DNA of 45,082 bases from an uncultured Prolixibacteraceae bacterium (GTDB taxonomy: Bacteria; Bacteroidota; Bacteroidia; Bacteroidales; Prolixibacteraceae). The notes under the pieces were generated by a model, which saw only the letters and a program-made list of their open reading frames with translations, did not search any database and was not told the DNA's origin. Numbering within the stretch: the stretch's first letter is position 1; every line of letters starts with the position of its first letter. Of the stretch, positions 40,158 to 45,082 are shown in pieces. Location of the stretch: positions 1-45,082 of the forward strand of contig CAYUEI010000001.1 of assembly GCA_964443445.1 (NCBI GenBank), read 5' to 3'. The translations under genes were made by a program, and so were the position numbers.

Positions 40158-41312
40158 TCATTTTACTATAAACCTTTTCATACGGTGCTTGATATGGCCT
40201 TGTACCACAAAATAATCAATCAGTGGTGACCATACATTCATCAGTAATATTGAAAGCATCATGCCTTCCGGATAAGCGGGGTTGAATACCCTTATTATGA
40301 CGGCAAGAACACCAATCAGAAAACCGTAAATCCATTTTCCTTTCTCAGTGTGAGGTGCCGTTACAGGATCTGTTGCCATGAACACTGCCCCAAATGCAAA
40401 CCCGCCTAAAAGTAAATGATAATAAGCTGGTAATGCCATGTATTCATTTCCGGGGAAAAGATTACAAACGATGCCCATGGTTAATGTACCAATTGCTGTT
40501 GAAAGCATTATCTTCCAGCTTGCTATGCCTGTAAATAACAGTATCGCTGCTCCAAGTAATATTGCAAGCTTTGATGTTTCACCAACCGATCCCGGTATGA
40601 AACCTAAAAATAAGTCCATTATCGATGGTAGCTTTTCAGATGCCCCTTGTGCAATTAATGCAAGAGGTGTTGCTCCTGAAAATCCGTCAACAGGTGTTTC
40701 TTTTGCAAGATTGTAAATCCATACAGAGTCGCCCGACATTTGAGAGGGATAAGCAAAGAAAAGGAAAGCACGTGCCAGCAATGCCACGTTCATAATATTA
40801 TATCCCGTTCCTCCGAATATCTCCTTGCCGAAAATTACAGCAAATGCTACTGCAAGTGCAAGCATCCATAATGGTAAATTCACTGGCACAATAAGTGGTA
40901 TGAGAAGCCCTGTTACCAGAAATCCTTCATTTACCTCATGACCCCGTATCTGGGCTGATGCGAATTCAATTCCCAAGCCAACAACGTAAGATACAATGAT
41001 CAATGGTAGCAGTTTCCAAAATCCAAAAAAGAAGTTGGCTATCAGACTTCTTTCAACGCCGAAAGCCAAACCGTTCTGGTATCCAATGTTCCAGCAACCA
41101 AACAACAATGCAGGTACTAGTGCAAGCACAACAACTATCATTGTCCTTTTCAGGTCAATAGTGTCGTGAATGTGTGAACCCGACTTCGAAGTATGGTTTG
41201 GTGTAAATAAAAACGTCTCGAAGGCCCCGAATGTGGAACCCAATTTTTCAAACCTGCCACCTTTCTGAAAATGCGGCTTTTGTTTATCAATATATTTTCT
41301 TAGTGATTTCAT
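40158..41312 (-). CDS. nqrB: Na+-NQR subunit B
   Basis: 384 aa, polytopic. Flavinylation motif DGFSGATPL. NqrB/RnfD family pattern. Confidence 0.93.
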   Translation of the reverse strand: MKSLRKYIDKQKPHFQKGGRFEKLGSTFGAFETFLFTPNHTSKSGSHIHDTIDLKRTMIVVVLALVPALLFGCWNIGYQNGLAFGVERSLIANFFFGFWKLLPLIIVSYVVGLGIEFASAQIRGHEVNEGFLVTGLLIPLIVPVNLPLWMLALAVAFAVIFGKEIFGGTGYNIMNVALLARAFLFFAYPSQMSGDSVWIYNLAKETPVDGFSGATPLALIAQGASEKLPSIMDLFLGFIPGSVGETSKLAILLGAAILLFTGIASWKIMLSTAIGTLTMGIVCNLFPGNEYMALPAYYHLLLGGFAFGAVFMATDPVTAPHTEKGKWIYGFLIGVLAVIIRVFNPAYPEGMMLSILLMNVWSPLIDYFVVQGHIKHRMKRFIVK

Positions 41313-41340
41313 CTGTATAAAAAGATATTTATCAGGTTTG

Positions 41341-42684
41341 TTATCCGAGTTCTTTCATCATAAGGTTTAAACCTTTCCTAAGTATTGCCTGGACTTCAGT
41401 CTTTGAAGTACAAACAAATTCACATAGGGCAAGGTCTTCTTCTATTACCTCGTATATACCGAGTTGTTCCATTTTATCAATGTCTTCAGCAATGATTGAC
41501 TTGATGAGGTGTACCGGGAGTATTTCCATCGGTAACACTTTTTCATATTGTCCGGTCATTACGTAAGCTCTTTCTTCTCCGTTGAGATTTGCATCTAACC
41601 TGAAATTCTTACCCTTTTGGATCCATGATAAATATGTACGCGACATACTGAATTTATTTAAACGAGGCATTGCCCATCCTAAAAATTCATAATCATCGCC
41701 TTCAGGAATTATTGTCACCTGATTGTCGTAATATCCCAGATAATCATCCTTTTCAACTTTTGTACCTGTAAGCACATTGCCTGATATTATCCTTTCTTTA
41801 AGCTTATTTGCTGTCTTTCCTTCAGTCAATGTCTTTAGCTTTACCCCGGAAACAGTTTTGTAATACTTAGGCGAAGTAACTTCTGAACCTGCCAATCCAA
41901 TGGTCTTGCTCATATCGAGTTTTGATGTTTCAAACAAGCGACCAATGAAAACAACAGCCTGCGGATTTATTGTCCAAACTATATCTCCCTTGTTGACAGG
42001 TTTAAGATGATGAATTTGAATACCAACATTGCCGGAAGGATGAGGACCCTGGAAATAATTTATTTCGGCACCTTTAATCCCCGAAAGTATTGAACCACTG
42101 CGGATACTTAAAAATACTTTACCGTCAGTTAATTTTGAAAGAATATCTACTCCCTTTTGAAATGAGCCCATATCACCTGATAGGGTAAACTCATAGTCAG
42201 GAGCAAGGGGTGCAGAGTCAAAGCCTGAAATAAAAATGTCTCTCGGAGTTTCTGTAACTCCTGCAATAATACCGTAAGGCCTGCGAATTAAAAACGGCCA
42301 TAAACCGCTCGACAGGAGTAGTTCTTTTATCTTTTCACGCTCAGTAATTTTTATATCACCTACCTGAAAATCTTCAGACTCAAATTTCCCGTCACTTTCA
42401 ATCGCAATCTCAAGTATTCTGCGACGCTCACCACGATTTATCATGACAACCTTACCACTAACCGGAGATGTTATCTTCATCTCAGGATGGTTCTTGTCAT
42501 ATAAAACCGGAGTGCCGGCTTTAACAATGTCATCTGGTTTTACTTCTAATTTTGGTGTAAATCCCGGAAAGTCAGATGGTCTGATACCATATAATCCCGA
42601 CACTAAAGTGCCGCCAATGGTTAATTCAGCTACTCCTTTCAATCTGATATCCAATCCTTTTCTGATTTTTATTGTTTTCGACAT
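41341..42684 (-). CDS. nqrA: Na+-NQR subunit A
   Basis: 447 aa. IKIRKGLDIRLKG N-terminus typical of NqrA. First gene of the operon. Confidence 0.93.
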   Translation of the reverse strand: MSKTIKIRKGLDIRLKGVAELTIGGTLVSGLYGIRPSDFPGFTPKLEVKPDDIVKAGTPVLYDKNHPEMKITSPVSGKVVMINRGERRRILEIAIESDGKFESEDFQVGDIKITEREKIKELLLSSGLWPFLIRRPYGIIAGVTETPRDIFISGFDSAPLAPDYEFTLSGDMGSFQKGVDILSKLTDGKVFLSIRSGSILSGIKGAEINYFQGPHPSGNVGIQIHHLKPVNKGDIVWTINPQAVVFIGRLFETSKLDMSKTIGLAGSEVTSPKYYKTVSGVKLKTLTEGKTANKLKERIISGNVLTGTKVEKDDYLGYYDNQVTIIPEGDDYEFLGWAMPRLNKFSMSRTYLSWIQKGKNFRLDANLNGEERAYVMTGQYEKVLPMEILPVHLIKSIIAEDIDKMEQLGIYEVIEEDLALCEFVCTSKTEVQAILRKGLNLMMKELG

Positions 42685-42713
42685 TGCTGAATATGTAATT
42701 ATTTAATGAGGCA

Positions 42714-42721
42714 CAAATGTA
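42714..42721 (-). promoter_or_regulatory. Candidate -7 box (TAcaTTTG on minus strand) for the nqr operon
   Basis: Plus-strand caaatgta equals minus-strand TACATTTG, 30 nt upstream of nqrA ATG. No clear -33 element was found. Confidence 0.3.
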
Positions 42722-42961
42722 ACCATTTAACTATTTAATTGATTACTTTTTAGCCGCCCGATTTGTACTTTTTTGGTAAATTGTTAAAATATTCAAATTT
42801 TCATTCGAAAATTATCCATTGGGTTTAATTATTGCTATTTATGTTTTAACATAAAACCCTTTTTTTTGTTTTATTTTATCCTTTTTGATTTTATAATTTT
42901 TTAGAAAAGAAACCGTTAAATAATCAAGCTGATTTATCCTTTAAAAAATCGGGCTAAATAT

Positions 42962-42969
42962 TAATTTTG
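42962..42969 (+). promoter_or_regulatory. Candidate -7 box (TAatTTTG) for the DUF5103 gene
   Basis: Exact TAnnTTTG match, 14 nt upstream of ATG 42983. Short leaders are common in Bacteroidota. Confidence 0.3.
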
Positions 42970-42982
42970 TGTAAAAAAATTT

Positions 42983-44284
42983 ATGGGTATAAAAAGATTT
43001 CTGTTCTCACTTATATTTCTGCTGTTTTTTGCAACTTGTTTTGGCTATGATCTTCCCAATGCAATAACTAATGATGTTTATTCCGATAATATAAGAACCG
43101 TTCAGCTTTACAGAGAAGGATGGGCTCTTTCTTCCCCAGTTATAGTTCTGAATAGTGATCAGAAACTTGCTTTCTCTTTCGATGATCTTTCTGCTGAAGT
43201 TAAAAATTACTACTATACTGTATATCATTGTGATCGAAACTGGAAGATTTCCAACATATCTCAACAGGAATATCTTGAGCCTTTTACTGAATTTCCTCTT
43301 GAAGATTTTGAGTTTTCTATTGTTCCTCTTGTCCGCTATGTTAACTATTTTCTTTCTCTTCCCAATGATAATGTCAAGTTCAGATATTCAGGAAACTACG
43401 CTATTGTTGTCTATGATAAGGATTCACCGGGAGAACCTCTTATCACATGGCGAATGTATGTTGTCGAGCCATTAGTCACTATCGATGCAAGGATTAGAAA
43501 TGCTACTTTCTCAAATACTGAAGCAGAATTCCAGGAGGTTGATTTTATTGTCGACCATAAAAATTTTCCTATCCAAAATCCATCAAGGGACGTCAAGGTT
43601 GTTGTTATGCAAAACAACCGCTACGATAATGCCATCACTAACCTTACTCCGCGATTTGCTGATGATGAGCAACTGGAATACGACTACAATGAGGGCAACA
43701 GCTTCAATGGTGAAAATGAATTCCGCGACTTTGAATTCAGAAATTATAAATATGTCAGTGAGGAAGTCCAGGATATCAGTTTTCACCGATCTGTTTATCA
43801 TGTTACCCTGAAGCCCGATTTGCTGAGGACACGCGACCGCTATACTTACGATGAAGATTTAGACGGACGTTACCACATTGAAGCTCATCAATCTTACTAC
43901 CCCGAAGTAGAAGCCGATTATATGTTTGTTCATTTCACATTACCCATGGACAATATACTTCTCGGAGGTGGAGTTTATGTTTTTGGAGAGCTGAGTAACT
44001 GGCAGTGTAACAAACAAAATGAGATGAAGTGGAACATGGAGAAAAACCAATACGAGTTAACCATGCTACTCAAACAGGGTTTTTATAATTATGCCTACGC
44101 ATGGAAGGACATAAGCGACGGTAAGGTGAGAACATCTGCCTTTGAAGGAAGTCACTTCGAAACTGAAAACGACTACCAGATTTTTGTTTATCACGGAAGA
44201 ATAAATGACCGTTTCGACCGCCTGATAGGATACCAGAAATTCAATTCACTGAACAATAGGTCATTCTCGAATAAGAGGTTTTAA
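42983..44284 (+). CDS. DUF5103 / type IX secretion system plug-like protein
   Basis: 433 aa with a signal peptide. N-terminal pattern YSDNIRTVQLYREGWALSSPVIVLNSDQKLAFSFDDL...YYYTVYHCDRNW resembles T9SS plug first-domain proteins as recalled. Not verified by search. Confidence 0.55.
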   Translation: MGIKRFLFSLIFLLFFATCFGYDLPNAITNDVYSDNIRTVQLYREGWALSSPVIVLNSDQKLAFSFDDLSAEVKNYYYTVYHCDRNWKISNISQQEYLEPFTEFPLEDFEFSIVPLVRYVNYFLSLPNDNVKFRYSGNYAIVVYDKDSPGEPLITWRMYVVEPLVTIDARIRNATFSNTEAEFQEVDFIVDHKNFPIQNPSRDVKVVVMQNNRYDNAITNLTPRFADDEQLEYDYNEGNSFNGENEFRDFEFRNYKYVSEEVQDISFHRSVYHVTLKPDLLRTRDRYTYDEDLDGRYHIEAHQSYYPEVEADYMFVHFTLPMDNILLGGGVYVFGELSNWQCNKQNEMKWNMEKNQYELTMLLKQGFYNYAYAWKDISDGKVRTSAFEGSHFETENDYQIFVYHGRINDRFDRLIGYQKFNSLNNRSFSNKRF

Positions 44285-44447
44285 ACTTCAAAGATGTTTG
44301 TTTAAGCTAAGCTCAGTTGAAAATGTTTCGCAACCTTGTTAGGACTTCGTCCAATTGAACGACTTAGTTATCTCTTGGAATAATACGTTTCTTTTAAAGC
44401 GGTGCAATGTCTGTTGAGGAATAAAATTAAAATATTGTGAAAATCTT

Positions 44448-44867
44448 TCATGAAATACAACTTTCTATTATTTTTTCTACTTCTGTTGCTGAACTTGTCA
44501 TTACCTCTTCAATTATTCCGCTAAAACCTTTTGCAATTATATTTGAATTCATCCTTGAAATATAGGTTTTCCCATCATTTTTTTCATATACACTTACACG
44601 GCAAGGCATCATTGATGATAGAATTCGTGCACTATCTTTTTCAAGAATTTTACCTGACTGATTAGGATGACACAGAGAAAAAACTTTTACAGGTAATACA
44701 ACTTTACCAAGATTTTCTAATGTCTTTTGCAGGTCATAAATATTTGCAATTTTCCAGAATTTACTTTCTATCTCTTTTGTGAATTTTTCTACAGTTGTAC
44801 TAAAATCATACGGGCTTTGGCTTTCAATAAACATATTACCCATAATATCGACCTTTTCTTCTTTCAT
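44448..44867 (-). CDS. DUF302 domain protein
   Basis: 139 aa. Pattern SPYDFSTTVEKF...VFSLCHPN...MPCRVSVYEKNDGKTYIS matches DUF302 topology from memory. Confidence 0.7.
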   Translation of the reverse strand: MKEEKVDIMGNMFIESQSPYDFSTTVEKFTKEIESKFWKIANIYDLQKTLENLGKVVLPVKVFSLCHPNQSGKILEKDSARILSSMMPCRVSVYEKNDGKTYISRMNSNIIAKGFSGIIEEVMTSSATEVEKIIESCIS

Positions 44868-45082
44868 CTTTTACCTGATTTGTTTAACTTTTTTTATTGC
44901 AATATGTTTTCACATTCAATGATAGTTAAACAACCAAAAAATTAAATTGTTTGATTAGCAAAAGGGAATATGACTTTAACTGTTTGATTTTAATTGTTTT
45001 TAGGAAAATTAGATAACTTTCTAAATTCTATCAACTTATATCCATGAGAGTCTGCCAGTTTTAAAAAGTCACCACTTATTTT

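Noticed and set aside
701-44945. About 45 short ORFs (60-130 aa) in the supplied track that lie antisense to, or out of frame within, large conserved genes. Examples: 701-886, 1758-2045, 7390-7716, 16844-17232, 19308-19655, 38173-38475, 43155-43811.
   Set aside because: Each is fully embedded in a gene with strong family motifs on another frame or strand. Their translations are low-complexity with no recognisable motifs or signal features, as expected by chance in AT-rich DNA.
44948-44989. Direct repeat TGTTTGATT x2, spaced 33 bp apart, upstream of the DUF302 gene.
   Set aside because: Two 9-mers in very AT-rich promoter DNA at the window edge. This is plausible as an operator but cannot be told apart from chance here.

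Overview
AT-rich segment (about one-third G+C by eye) that reads as core chromosome of a Bacteroidota-type bacterium. Lineage markers are a T9SS-plug-like DUF5103 protein, a TonB-dependent receptor with an N-terminal carboxypeptidase-regulatory-like domain, a DUF2723/GT117 membrane protein, OmpH/Skp, and TAnnTTTG-type promoter boxes. About 39 protein genes are packed tightly. Left to right they are: a putative metal-handling trio (periplasmic HMA protein, TonB-dependent receptor, Cys/His-rich anchored protein); a MacAB-TolC-type efflux operon (ATPase, two paralogous FtsX permeases, adaptor, TolC); a Cys-rich lipoprotein divergent from a secreted beta-helix protein; and a six-gene co-directional minus-strand block (DUF2723/GT117, CE4 deacetylase, purD, polytopic membrane protein, NodU-type carbamoyltransferase, orphan histidine kinase). 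Then come NUDIX, LysE, alkaline phosphatase, an AlbA_2 protein, folC, PIN-PhoH, nitroreductase, proline dehydrogenase, OmpH, a GT2 with a coupled 66-aa membrane protein, a secreted propeller-like protein and apbE. A solute-binding lipoprotein plus Cache-HAMP-MCP pair follows, then the complete Na+-NQR operon nqrABCDEF, DUF5103 and DUF302. I found no rRNA, tRNA, CRISPR array, transposase, integrase or phage genes, so this is mostly an ordinary housekeeping region with no clear novel system. The things the gene list does not explain are: (i) two long hairpins with unrelated sequences but the same unusual build, arms made of phased 11-nt tandem repeats, both at gene 3' ends (111-268 and 27927-28028); (ii) an orphan SBP + MCP-type transducer pair lying between apbE and nqr in a lineage that usually lacks chemotaxis; (iii) the NodB-like/NodU-like/GT117 membrane-glycan-like block. 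All family calls come from motif recognition by eye. No database search was run.
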